Assembly (NCBI GenBank): GCA_041919095.1
Contig: JAYRUL010000001.1
Location: 21,779-85,778, forward strand
Reading direction: 5' to 3'
Origin: Rhodoferax sp.
Lineage (GTDB): Bacteria > Pseudomonadota > Gammaproteobacteria > Burkholderiales > Burkholderiaceae_C
Length of the DNA stretch: 64,000 nucleotides
Shown in pieces: positions 23,372-33,155 of the stretch. Made by a program: the position numbers and the translations under genes. Position 1 is the stretch's first letter, and every line of letters begins with the position of its first letter. The notes under the pieces are model-generated. The model ran no database searches. It worked only from the letters and a program-made list of their open reading frames with translations, and was not told the origin of the DNA.

Positions 23372-24250
23372 TTAGTGTGCGTCGTGAGACTGCCCGATAT
23401 ACACAAGGGTCAGCATCATGAACACAAACGCCTGCAGGGTAATGATCAGAATGTGGAACACTGCCCACGCCCAACCCGCCACCACATGCAACGCCAACAG
23501 CGCCAAGCCCGAAGGCTGGAACGAAAATGCCCAAGCGCCACCCAGCAGGGCGATCAGCATGAACACCAACTCACCGGCGTACATATTGCCAAACAGTCGC
23601 ATCCCGTGCGAAACCGTCTTGGCCACAAATTCGATCAACTGCATAGCCAGATTGACTACCGCCAGGATCACAAAGAAGATGGGATTCTTGCTGGTGCCGA
23701 ATGGCGCAGTCACCAATTCATGCGCCCAACCACCTGCACCCTTGATCTTGACGTTGTAAACCAAGCACACCAGCAAGACCGAAACCGACATACCCATGGT
23801 GACCGACAGATCCGCCGTTGGCACCACGCGCAGGTAGGCATGCTCATTGCCAGAAATCTTTTGCCACAACCATGGCAGCAAGTCCAAGGGCAACAAGTCC
23901 ATGGCGTTGAGCAAGAAAATCCAGACAAACACCGTCAGGGCGAGCGGCGCAACCAACTTGCGACTGGTGGCGTTGTGCACAATGCCTTTGGCTTCGCGAT
24001 CCACCATCTCAATGAGAATTTCGACAGCCGCTTGGAAGCGCCCTGGCACGCCAGAAGTTGCCTTGCTAGCCGCTTTCCACAAGAAGAAACAACCCAGCAC
24101 GCCCAACAAGGTCGAGAAAAACAACGAGTCGATATTGAAGACTGAAAAGTCCACAATGCCGCTCATTTTTTGGTTTTGCCAGTGGGTCAGGTGGTGAACG
24201 ATATATTCACTGGCCGTTGGTGCTGCGTGCGCTTCTCCGGACATAGTCAA
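23372..24250 (-). CDS. atpB: F0F1 ATP synthase subunit a
   Basis: 'RLFGNMYAGE', 'LQAFVF'. Confidence 0.97.
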   Translation of the reverse strand: MTMSGEAHAAPTASEYIVHHLTHWQNQKMSGIVDFSVFNIDSLFFSTLLGVLGCFFLWKAASKATSGVPGRFQAAVEILIEMVDREAKGIVHNATSRKLVAPLALTVFVWIFLLNAMDLLPLDLLPWLWQKISGNEHAYLRVVPTADLSVTMGMSVSVLLVCLVYNVKIKGAGGWAHELVTAPFGTSKNPIFFVILAVVNLAMQLIEFVAKTVSHGMRLFGNMYAGELVFMLIALLGGAWAFSFQPSGLALLALHVVAGWAWAVFHILIITLQAFVFMMLTLVYIGQSHDAH

Positions 24251-24732
24251 TCTCTCAAGCTTTCAAAACTTTTCGACTTGGGACGCTTTAAAAGCGCCAA
24301 CCAGTACATCTTTAACGTCACAAAAAGGCCAGCCAAAAGAGCCAGCCAATTCAAATCCACCACCAAGCGAGGAGCCAAGGCCACCAGGACCACGCTCACC
24401 ACCAGTTTTACAGCCTCCCACAAAAAGAAGCCGAAGGTCGCCGCCGCCACATGAAGTGAAGCAAAGCGCCCCATGATTCCTCGGGCAAACAGCGCAGCCG
24501 GAACAACGACCGCAACCGCCCCATAGGCCGCCGACCAACCCGCTGCCTTGCCATACACAAGTGCCAGCAGACCCGAAACCAGCAACCCCGCCACGCACTG
24601 CAAGCCGACCACCCACCAGGGTGACAGCGCCGGATCGGCAGCGCGCAAGTTCGCAGCTTCTTGCGCCGTCAGGGGCTTGAAGTTCAGACCGTTATCGCTA
24701 TCTGTATCTTCGAACCCGGCTGCCGACGGCAT
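24247..24732 (-). CDS. atpI: ATP synthase subunit I
   Basis: Four TM helices, first gene of the atp operon. Confidence 0.88.
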   Translation of the reverse strand: MPSAAGFEDTDSDNGLNFKPLTAQEAANLRAADPALSPWWVVGLQCVAGLLVSGLLALVYGKAAGWSAAYGAVAVVVPAALFARGIMGRFASLHVAAATFGFFLWEAVKLVVSVVLVALAPRLVVDLNWLALLAGLFVTLKMYWLALLKRPKSKSFESLRD

Positions 24733-24893
24733 TGTTGACCTCTCAAATTACTGGCAGGTTACAAGTTGCAAGCGCCGCAAAGCCTCTCATTATACGTAGA
24801 AACCCGGTACCCACCAACACCCCCAGATCAAAGTCCCGCGCGGGACCCGCGTCGATAATCACGACCTCCTGCGTTGCCGCTTGCTCTACCAGA

Positions 24894-25190
24894 ATGCCGC
24901 CCCCATCATCCCCACCGTCGGAACCCTCGCGTGCCGACTCACTCATTACCTACCCTTGCCGCTTTCCGATCAAAGTGATGGGCGAACGCGTGGATGGGCT
25001 GGTGCATGCAATTACCACGGTTGCCAAGGCCTTTGATCCCGGTTTTGACGCCAGCACCGTGGAGTTGCGGGAAAGCAAGGGTGGCAAGTATCTCGGTGTG
25101 ACCATCACCATCACCGCAACCAGCCGCGCACAGCTCGACGAGCTCTACCGCACCCTGTCAACCCATCCCATGGTGAAAGTGGTCCTGTAA
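24894..25190 (+). CDS. YbeD/DUF493 family protein
   Basis: '[11 protein letters not shown]', 'SKGGKY', '[14 protein letters not shown]'; upstream of lipB. Confidence 0.9.
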
Positions 25191-25981
25191 TGAACGACTT
25201 GGAAAACTGGTCCCAGACCCCCGCCGCCACTGCTGCAGCGGCAAATGCCCTGAGCGAGGATGAATGCGCCGAACTCTTTGACCTGTTTGACGCACCCGGC
25301 CTGTCCACCGGTGCCATGTCAGCAGAAATGGCCGATGGCTTCCTGACCGCCTGTGCGGTGGGCCCAGTGCCCATACCCACGGCGCAGTGGCTCTCGGCTG
25401 TGCTGGGGCAATCCCACTTTCCCATTTGCACCGACGTGCAACAGCAAGAGCGCTTGCTGCATTTGCTGGTACGGCGCTACCAGCATGTGCGCGCCTGCAC
25501 CGCCCAGATGCCCACGCAGGCCAATGCCGACCAGCTCTTCCTGCCCCTGCAGGCCCAGGTGGACGAAGCCCGCCGCATCAGCCCCTACCGCTGCAATGCG
25601 CAGGGTGTACGCGAAGGAGACTGGGAGCTCAAAGACTGGGCCGAAGGCTTTCGCCGCGCCATGCTCGGAAGCGGCCAGTGGCAGCCCATGCTAAGCAACA
25701 AGGACGCCTGGCCCCTGATTTCTCCCATCGTCCTGTTTCAGTCCGGCTTCAACCCCGACAAGCCCGATCTGCAAATCGACCAACGCCCCGAAATGCTGTC
25801 GGTGCTGGTACGCTGCATCTACGAAATGCGCCAGTGGTGGCAAGCCCACGCCGCAGCGCAGTCAAACGCCGCGCGCGCGCAGACCAGCCCCGCACCAACC
25901 AGCAACGCCAAGGTTGGTCGCAACGACCCTTGCCCCTGCGGCAGCGGCAAAAAGTACAAAAAGTGCTGCGGGGCGGTGTGA
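25190..25981 (+). CDS. YecA/UPF0149-family protein with C-terminal SEC-C motif
   Basis: 'DGFLTA...GP', 'WAEGF', and C-terminal [18 protein letters not shown]. Confidence 0.88.
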
Positions 25982-26682
25982 CAGCGTCCATCCTGCTCAA
26001 AAAACTCGGCTTGGTGGACTATGCCGCCACCTATGCCGCCATGCAGAGTTTTACCAGCGAAAGATGCCTGGAGCCCCCGAATACCGAGCGTGACCAGCTA
26101 TGGATTTGTGAGCATCCGCCCGTCTTTACCCAGGGCCTGGGCGGCAAGCCCGAGCACCTGCTGATGCCGGGCACCATTCCCGTGGTGCAGACGAACCGGG
26201 GCGGCCAGGTGACCTACCATGGCCCGGGCCAGGCGGTGGCCTATCCGCTCATCGACCTCAAGCGCGCGGGCTACTTTGTCAAGGAATACGTCTACCGCAT
26301 TGAAGAGGCCGTAATACGCACCCTGTTGCACGTGGGCGTTACCGGCCACCGCGTGGCGGGTGCACCGGGCATTTATGTGCGCCTGGACGATCCGTTTGGC
26401 CACGCTCCGCTGCCGCAACGTCCCCAAAAAGACGCGAGCATCAGCCCCGACTTCCATGGCCTGGGCAAGATTGCCCAGATCGGCATCAAGGTCAGCCGCA
26501 ACTGCACCTACCACGGGGTGTCCCTCAACGTGGCGATGGACCTGGAACCCTTCTTGCGTATCAACCCTTGCGGCTACTCGGGGCTGCAAACGGTGGACCT
26601 TTCTACAATTGGCGTATCGACCACCTGGGACGAAATGGCCGACCTGCTGGGCCACAAACTCGCCACGTACCTCGCCCCCTGA
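25978..26682 (+). CDS. lipB: Lipoyl(octanoyl) transferase
   Basis: 'EHPPVFTQG', '[12 protein letters not shown]', 'INPCG'. GTG start overlaps the previous stop. Confidence 0.95.
26066..26113 (+). repeat. Degenerate GCTAT-N7 repeat, in frame within lipB
   Basis: gcctggagcccccgaataccgagcgtgaccagctatggatttgtgagc aligns without gaps to 41847-41894. Confidence 0.6.
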
Positions 26683-26722
26683 ACCGCACCGCGCACCGCT
26701 TCAACCTCTGCTGCCACCCACC

Positions 26723-27709
26723 ATGAGCACCGCCCCCGAAAACACCATCCGCGAAGCGCAAAGCGCCGCCGAATACGACGCCACCCTCAAACAAAAGGCG
26801 GGGGCCAAGCTGGCCCGCATCCCGGTCAAGGTACAACAGGGCGAAGTGCTCAAGAAGCCGGACTGGATCCGTGTGAAAGCCGGCAGCCCAACCACGCGCT
26901 TCTACGAGATCAAGGACGTGCTACGCAAGAACAAGCTCGTCACCGTGTGCGAGGAAGCCAGCTGCCCCAACATCGGCGAATGCTTCGGCCATGGCACCGC
27001 CACCTTCATGATCATGGGCGACAAGTGCACCCGGCGCTGCCCGTTCTGCGACGTGGGGCATGGCCGCCCCGACCCGCTGGACGCGAATGAGCCGCGCAAA
27101 CTGGCCCAGACCGTGGCCGACCTCAAGCTGAAATACGTGGTCATCACCAGCGTGGACCGTGACGACCTGCGCGACGGCGGTGCTCAGCACTTTGCCGACT
27201 GCATCCGCGAAATCCGCGCACTCAGCCCCGCCACCCAGATCGAAGTGCTGGTGCCCGACTTCCGTGGCCGCCTGGACAAGGCGCTGGCCATCCTGGCCAC
27301 CAACCCGCCTGACGTGATGAACCACAACCTGGAAACCGCACCGCGCCTGTACAAAGAGGCCCGCCCCGGCTCCGATTACCTGTTCAGCCTGGGCCTGCTC
27401 AAACAGTTCAAAGCCCAGCACCCCGGCATCCCCACCAAGAGCGGCATCATGGTCGGCCTGGGCGAAACCGACGAGGAAGTGCTGCAAGTGATGCGCGACA
27501 TGCGCGCGCACGACATCGAGATGCTCACCATCGGCCAGTACCTGGCCCCGTCCAGCGCCCACCTCACGGTGAAGCGCTACGTGCACCCCGACGTGTTCAA
27601 GATGTTCGAGGCCGAGGCCTACAAGATGGGCTTCAAGCACGCCGCCGTGGGTGCCATGGTGCGCAGCAGCTACCACGCCGACCAGCAGGCCAAGGGCGCG
27701 GGGCACTAA
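26723..27709 (+). CDS. lipA: Lipoyl synthase
   Basis: [20 protein letters not shown] and RSSY motifs. Confidence 0.97.
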   Translation: MSTAPENTIREAQSAAEYDATLKQKAGAKLARIPVKVQQGEVLKKPDWIRVKAGSPTTRFYEIKDVLRKNKLVTVCEEASCPNIGECFGHGTATFMIMGDKCTRRCPFCDVGHGRPDPLDANEPRKLAQTVADLKLKYVVITSVDRDDLRDGGAQHFADCIREIRALSPATQIEVLVPDFRGRLDKALAILATNPPDVMNHNLETAPRLYKEARPGSDYLFSLGLLKQFKAQHPGIPTKSGIMVGLGETDEEVLQVMRDMRAHDIEMLTIGQYLAPSSAHLTVKRYVHPDVFKMFEAEAYKMGFKHAAVGAMVRSSYHADQQAKGAGH

Positions 27710-27746
27710 CCCCGCCAAGGTCCGCGCAGCGCTGAACCCTTCAGCA

Positions 27747-28241
27747 TCACGACTCGGCAGGCCAGGTCAGCGTCTTGGCAGGGCCTTCGTCATTGGGCAG
27801 CAACTGGTGCAACACCCGCCCGGCAAAGATCGTTTGGCGCAATTCCTGAACCACTTCGGGCGCGCCGCCAAACGGAGTGACCAAATCGATCATCCAGACC
27901 TGGTCGCCCGACTTCCAGTCCGCCGCCGTCAAGTGGTGCGGCGCGCTGCGGTAGCGCTGCGCGCTGGCTTCGGACAGCAACGCCCATGAGACATAAGCCA
28001 CCGGTGCGCCGTCGCGCATGTACAGCTTGGCCTGCTCCAGTACCAGCGGCGGCATCACGCGCCATTCCAGCTCGCTCAGCAGCGTATGGCGCAAACCCGC
28101 CTGCTGCATCATGAGCCAGCTTACGGCACCCAGCACCGGCAGTTTGGACATCACTTTCTGCGCCTGCGCCTTGGCCACATCGGCCAGATGCTGCATCTCT
28201 TCAGGGTTCAAGGGGCTGGCGGTTTTGTCAGATTGACTCAT
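27747..28241 (-). CDS. HlyC/CyaC-like toxin-activating acyltransferase family protein (active site divergent)
   Basis: 'LGAVSWL', 'PVAYVSWA', 'DWKSGD..W.ID...PFG' match the HlyC family; last gene of the T1SS operon. Confidence 0.85.
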   Translation of the reverse strand: MSQSDKTASPLNPEEMQHLADVAKAQAQKVMSKLPVLGAVSWLMMQQAGLRHTLLSELEWRVMPPLVLEQAKLYMRDGAPVAYVSWALLSEASAQRYRSAPHHLTAADWKSGDQVWMIDLVTPFGGAPEVVQELRQTIFAGRVLHQLLPNDEGPAKTLTWPAES

Positions 28242-29602
28242 GGTTGTGCTTCCAAAGGGTTCGGTTCCATCAAGGCCTCCAGGGCCACCAAATCACGGGA
28301 CTGCAAAGTACCTGCGGCGGCCTTCAGCTTTAGACCCTGCATGGCGCAATCGATGCGTGCCTTGGACAGGTCTCGCATCGCACCAAACAACTGCTGCTGC
28401 GCATTGAGCACATCGGGATTGACCCGTGTACCCACACGCACTCCAATCATGTTGCCTTCCAAGGCACTCTTGCTGGCCAACACCGCTTCTTCCAGGGCCT
28501 CAACCTGCGCCAAACCGTTGATGACCCCACTGGCCGCCTGGCGCAATTGACTTAGCGCCAAACGCCGCGCACCCTCCAGTTCGGCAGCAGCCTTGTCTTG
28601 CAGGGCCAATGCTTCGCGCAGCCGCGACTGCGTGGCTCCACCGGCATAAAGGGGAATACTCAACTGCAAACCGACCTGGCTGGCGTTGACGCGCGACTCC
28701 AAATCGCTGGGCGACGACAGCGTCGTCGAGTTGTAGTTGACCGAGCGACTCGCCACCAAATCCAGCGTCGGCAAATGTTGCCCCCGGGTCTTATCCACCT
28801 CCTGCTGCGCAACTTCCAGCGCAGCCTGCGCCGTGCGCACCCCCAGGTTCTCGGTCACGGCTATCTTGCGCAGCTCACGCAACTCCTGATTCTCCAATGC
28901 CGGTAGCGAACGCGCCAACCGCAACGGCGGCAAGTCGACTGCCTGCCCCAACAGACGCTCCAACTCCGCCAGCTTGCTATCCACCTCGCTGGTGGCGGCA
29001 ACCCGTTGGCTCAAGCTGGAGGCGTGCTTGGCCTTGGCCTCTTGAACGTCGGTGATCGTGCCACTACCCACCGCATAACTGCGCTGGGCACTCACCCACA
29101 GCGCCTTCACAGCCCCCAGTTGCGCGTCCAGTACCCGCACGCTTTCGCGCGCCAACGCCAGATCAAAGTACACCTGCGCCGTGCGCAACACCAGGTCGTA
29201 TTCGGCCTGCAGCAATTGCACTTGGGCTTGGCGCACCTGCGCGTCTGCTTGCCGATACGTCGCCCAACTGCTGGCGCGAAACAGCGGTTGGGTCAACTGC
29301 AACTGCCAATTCCAGCTCACCGGCTCACGCTGCACTGTCACGCCATCGGTAAACACCGCATCACCTGCCTGGCGACTCCGGGCTGCGTTCAGGTGAATGG
29401 TCGGCAACAAACCCGCACGTGCCTGGGGTAATTTTTCCAGGCCGGCGTCCCAAGCACGCCGGGCCGCACGGTACTGCATATCCTGTTCCTGGGCCAGGGC
29501 AAAAACCTCGCTCAACGACATGGCCGAACCGGTTGCCGCCAGCCAGCAGCACAAGGCCACCGTCACCCCACGCAAACCAACTCTCGTGCAATCAACGTTC
29601 AC
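28238..29602 (-). CDS. TolC-family T1SS outer membrane protein
   Basis: 'ARAGLLP', 'LTQPLF', 'HLPTLDL', 'LSIPLYAGG', 'DVLNAQQ'. The GTG start at 29602 is tentative. Confidence 0.92.
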   Translation of the reverse strand: MNVDCTRVGLRGVTVALCCWLAATGSAMSLSEVFALAQEQDMQYRAARRAWDAGLEKLPQARAGLLPTIHLNAARSRQAGDAVFTDGVTVQREPVSWNWQLQLTQPLFRASSWATYRQADAQVRQAQVQLLQAEYDLVLRTAQVYFDLALARESVRVLDAQLGAVKALWVSAQRSYAVGSGTITDVQEAKAKHASSLSQRVAATSEVDSKLAELERLLGQAVDLPPLRLARSLPALENQELRELRKIAVTENLGVRTAQAALEVAQQEVDKTRGQHLPTLDLVASRSVNYNSTTLSSPSDLESRVNASQVGLQLSIPLYAGGATQSRLREALALQDKAAAELEGARRLALSQLRQAASGVINGLAQVEALEEAVLASKSALEGNMIGVRVGTRVNPDVLNAQQQLFGAMRDLSKARIDCAMQGLKLKAAAGTLQSRDLVALEALMEPNPLEAQP

Positions 29603-30917
29603 GCATAGCCTCCTGCTTGTAACGCAACATCGGGGCCAGCACGTACTCAATCATGCGCCGCTCATCGGTGCGGATATCGGCCGTCACATTCATGCCCGCC
29701 GTGATCGAGCCATGCTGACCGTTGACGGCCTGCGGCGTCTTGAGCGTGGCCAACCGAATACGCACGGGATACACCAAGCCCAATTTGGGGTCGGCCACCG
29801 CGTCGGTCCCCACCCATTGCACCTCGCCTTCGATATACCCATAGCGCGTGAAATCGAAAGTCTCGACTTTGTTGATGACCCGCTGCCCCACCCGCACTTG
29901 CCCCACATCGCGGTTCAAGACCTGGGCTTCCAGCTCCAGCGGGCTATCGTTAGGCACCACGGTCAGCAACGGCTGTGCCGCCGTCACCACGCCCCCCACC
30001 GTGCTCACAGCCAGCTGCTGCACGATCCCGTCAATAGGCGCGCGCAAGGTCTGCAGCGCCAATCGCTGATGGGTCTTGACCAGTTCCTGCTCCAGCGCAT
30101 CGCGCTTTTTGATGGCTTCCACCAGCTCGGTGCTCATGCGCGCGCGAAACTCGGCCACCGCCTGCGCACGCTGTTCCAACGCCGCACGGTGACTGGCTTG
30201 CGATTCCTGCAAACGGTCTCCCTGCACGGTCAGCTCTTTTTGCGCGGTCAACAACTCCAGCTGCGTCTCCATCACGCTGGTGCGCGCCACATGCCCGGTT
30301 TGAGCCAAGTCTTCGCGCATCCGATTTTTTTGTTCGATCAGCGGCACACTTTGTCGCAACTGCTTGATCGTGTTGGCTATGGCTTGCGTGTCAGAAGCGC
30401 GCTTGCCCACGTCCGCATCCAATGCAGCCAACCGCGCCCGTTGCTCGGCCAGGCGGCTTTGTTGCATGGCCGCTTGGTTCGCCGCAATCTCTGCGGGCAT
30501 TCCATCGGGTACTGCGAACGCCGCACGCCCTTCCAGCAAGCTGGTGACGCGCAGCACATCGGCTTGGGCTGACCACAAGTCGCGCTGCAAGCGCTGGCGG
30601 TCAGCGTCCGTGTTGGTCGGATCCAACTCCAACAGCACCTCACCTGCTTTCACGGTCTGCCCATCGCGCACCGCAATGCTACGCACCACTCCGCTCTCCA
30701 GCGGCTGCACCACCTTGCTCTTGCCCGGGGGCACGACTTTGCCCTGCGCACTCACCACCACATCCATCTTGGCGACGCTGGCAAACCCAACGCCCATGGC
30801 CACCATGGCGCAGATACCCAAAGACACCATGCGGGCTGCCCACTGCGGTGGCTGCGACTGCAGCGCCAACGCCGCCGAACCAAAGGGGTTCATCGTCAAT
30901 TCTGATGACTGCTTCAT
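29592..30917 (-). CDS. HlyD-family T1SS membrane fusion protein
   Basis: 'GKSKVVQPLESG', 'LRAPIDGIV', 'FTRYG', 'GMNVTADI', 'EAMRER'. Confidence 0.95.
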   Translation of the reverse strand: MKQSSELTMNPFGSAALALQSQPPQWAARMVSLGICAMVAMGVGFASVAKMDVVVSAQGKVVPPGKSKVVQPLESGVVRSIAVRDGQTVKAGEVLLELDPTNTDADRQRLQRDLWSAQADVLRVTSLLEGRAAFAVPDGMPAEIAANQAAMQQSRLAEQRARLAALDADVGKRASDTQAIANTIKQLRQSVPLIEQKNRMREDLAQTGHVARTSVMETQLELLTAQKELTVQGDRLQESQASHRAALEQRAQAVAEFRARMSTELVEAIKKRDALEQELVKTHQRLALQTLRAPIDGIVQQLAVSTVGGVVTAAQPLLTVVPNDSPLELEAQVLNRDVGQVRVGQRVINKVETFDFTRYGYIEGEVQWVGTDAVADPKLGLVYPVRIRLATLKTPQAVNGQHGSITAGMNVTADIRTDERRMIEYVLAPMLRYKQEAMRER

Positions 30918-33106
30918 ACCGTGGCTCCCATGCTCTCCAAGCCCTGGGCGTGGTCCAGCGCCTGGTGCGCCTTGTACAAGCTGGCATAACGCCCGCCCTG
31001 CGCCATCAGACTTGCATGGCGACCGGTTTCCACCACATGCCCGTTCTCCAGCACCAGAATGCGATCAGCCAGCCGCAAGGTCGACAGCCGGTGGGCCACC
31101 ATGAACACCGTACGCCCCTTGGCAATCTCAGCCAGGTTGTCATGAATGGCGCGTTCGCTTTCATAGTCCAAGGCGGCAGTCGCCTCGTCCAGCAGCAACA
31201 AACGCGGCTGCGTAACCAGTGCACGCGCGATGGCGACGCGCGCACGCTGTCCGCCGCTGAGCATACCGCCCCGCTCCCCAATGACCGTGTCATACCCCTG
31301 TGGCAAACGCGCAATGAATTCATGCGCACCCGCGAGCTTGGCGGCATCCATCACCTGCTCCATGGTCAAACCCGGGTTGGCCAGGGCGATGTTTTCGCGC
31401 ACCGTGCGGTTAAAGAGCAAGGTATCCTGCCCCACCACCCCCATCTGGCGGCGCAGCCAAGCCGTGTCCATCAAGTTAATGTCCATGCCATCCAGCAAAA
31501 TGCGCCCTGCCGTTGGGCAGTACAGCCGCTGGATCAAGCGTGTCAACGTCGTTTTACCCGCGCCCGATACCCCCACCAGGCCAATCACCTCACCGGGTTG
31601 CACCTCAAACGAAATATCCTTGAGCACTTCCGGCAAATTGGGGCCGTAGCTGAAACTCACATGCTCAAACGTCACCGCACCCTGCAGCGGGGGCGGCAGC
31701 GAGCGCCCGGGCTCAAACGAAGGTTCGGGCACGGCATCCATGATGTCGGCCAAGCGTCGCAGGCTCACCTTCATTTGCGTGAAGTCCTGGTACATCGACG
31801 ACAACTTCAAGATCGGCGCGTTTACCCGCGCACTGAGCATATTGAAGGCAATCAGGGCCCCCACCGTTAAGTCCCCGTCAATCACCAACCGCGCCCCCAG
31901 CCACAACAACAACACCGCCAGCAGCTTGCTGGACAGACCAATGAACTGATTGGTGGCATTGCCCAGATGACCGCCTTCAAACGCCGCATACGCATGTGCC
32001 GCCATGCGCCGGTCCCACTCCCGCTGCCACTGTGGCTCCACGGCGTGGCTCTTGAGCGTTTCCATGGAGGTCACTGTCTCCACTAGGTAATTCTGGTTCT
32101 CTGCGCCCAGTGCAAACTTATCTTCGAGCTTCTTGCGCAACAGGGGCGAAACCAGGGCCGATGCCCCAAAGAAGATCGGCAACGCCAGCAATACCACCAG
32201 CGTCAAAGCCACGCTGTAGTACAGCATCACCGCCAGATACACCACGGCAAACAGCAAATCCAGCCACCCGGTCAATGCCTGCCCGGTCAGGAAATTGCGG
32301 GCGTTTTCCAGCTCGCGTACCCGTGCCACGGTGTCCCCGCTTTTGCGGCTGGAAAAATACGACAACGGCAGATGCAGCAAATGCTGAAACAGCTTGGCCC
32401 CCAATTCCACATCTACCCGGTTCGTGGTGTGGCTGAGCAGGTAGTGGCGCATGGCTCCCAACACCACTTCAAAAATACTCACCGCCGCCAGCGCCAACAC
32501 CATCACATCCAACGTAGACAGCGTGCGGTGCGTCAACACCTTGTCGATCACCACCTGAAACACCAACGGCGTTATCAAGGCCAACACCTGCACAAAGAGC
32601 GACGCCAGCAACACCTCGCCCAACAAACCACGGTACTTGCGCAGGGCCTGCCAGAACCACCCCACACCAAATGCCTGGCGGGGCGTCGCCGCACCATCGG
32701 CACGCGCCAGCGGCACCTGGTGCGTGGCCACAATCCACTGCCCGGCATACATGGCGTCAAAGTCCACCGTACGCATCTTGCACGGCTGCTCGGCACCGGC
32801 TTCCTGCAGCAACACAAAGCCATCCGAACCCGCATCGTCCTTGATGGCCCCCACCAAGACCCAGCCGCCGCTGCGGGTTGGCACCAAGGCTGGCAGCGGC
32901 GCGCGCGCCAACTCGGCACGCTTGCCCTTGGCCACGCGCGCATCAAAGCCCAGCTTCTGCAAGGCCAACACCAATTCACCGGGCCCCAAGCGCTGCGGCT
33001 GCCCCGCCGCATCATGCTGTGCAAACTGGTGCTGCAACTGCTGGGGCTCCAACTGCACATGGTGCAGTTGGGCATAAATCTGCAAAAGTTGTAATTCCGG
33101 ACTCAC
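30914..33106 (-). CDS. HlyB-family T1SS ABC transporter (C39-like, TMD and NBD domains)
   Basis: 'FQVVIDKVL', 'GDTVARVRELE', Walker A GVSGAGKT, LSGGQ, 'LDEATAALDYESE'. Confidence 0.95.
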   Translation of the reverse strand: MSPELQLLQIYAQLHHVQLEPQQLQHQFAQHDAAGQPQRLGPGELVLALQKLGFDARVAKGKRAELARAPLPALVPTRSGGWVLVGAIKDDAGSDGFVLLQEAGAEQPCKMRTVDFDAMYAGQWIVATHQVPLARADGAATPRQAFGVGWFWQALRKYRGLLGEVLLASLFVQVLALITPLVFQVVIDKVLTHRTLSTLDVMVLALAAVSIFEVVLGAMRHYLLSHTTNRVDVELGAKLFQHLLHLPLSYFSSRKSGDTVARVRELENARNFLTGQALTGWLDLLFAVVYLAVMLYYSVALTLVVLLALPIFFGASALVSPLLRKKLEDKFALGAENQNYLVETVTSMETLKSHAVEPQWQREWDRRMAAHAYAAFEGGHLGNATNQFIGLSSKLLAVLLLWLGARLVIDGDLTVGALIAFNMLSARVNAPILKLSSMYQDFTQMKVSLRRLADIMDAVPEPSFEPGRSLPPPLQGAVTFEHVSFSYGPNLPEVLKDISFEVQPGEVIGLVGVSGAGKTTLTRLIQRLYCPTAGRILLDGMDINLMDTAWLRRQMGVVGQDTLLFNRTVRENIALANPGLTMEQVMDAAKLAGAHEFIARLPQGYDTVIGERGGMLSGGQRARVAIARALVTQPRLLLLDEATAALDYESERAIHDNLAEIAKGRTVFMVAHRLSTLRLADRILVLENGHVVETGRHASLMAQGGRYASLYKAHQALDHAQGLESMGATV

Positions 33107-33155
33107 GTTCTAACCCTGACTCATTGAAAAACTGAAAAAAACGCCCACTGCTTGC

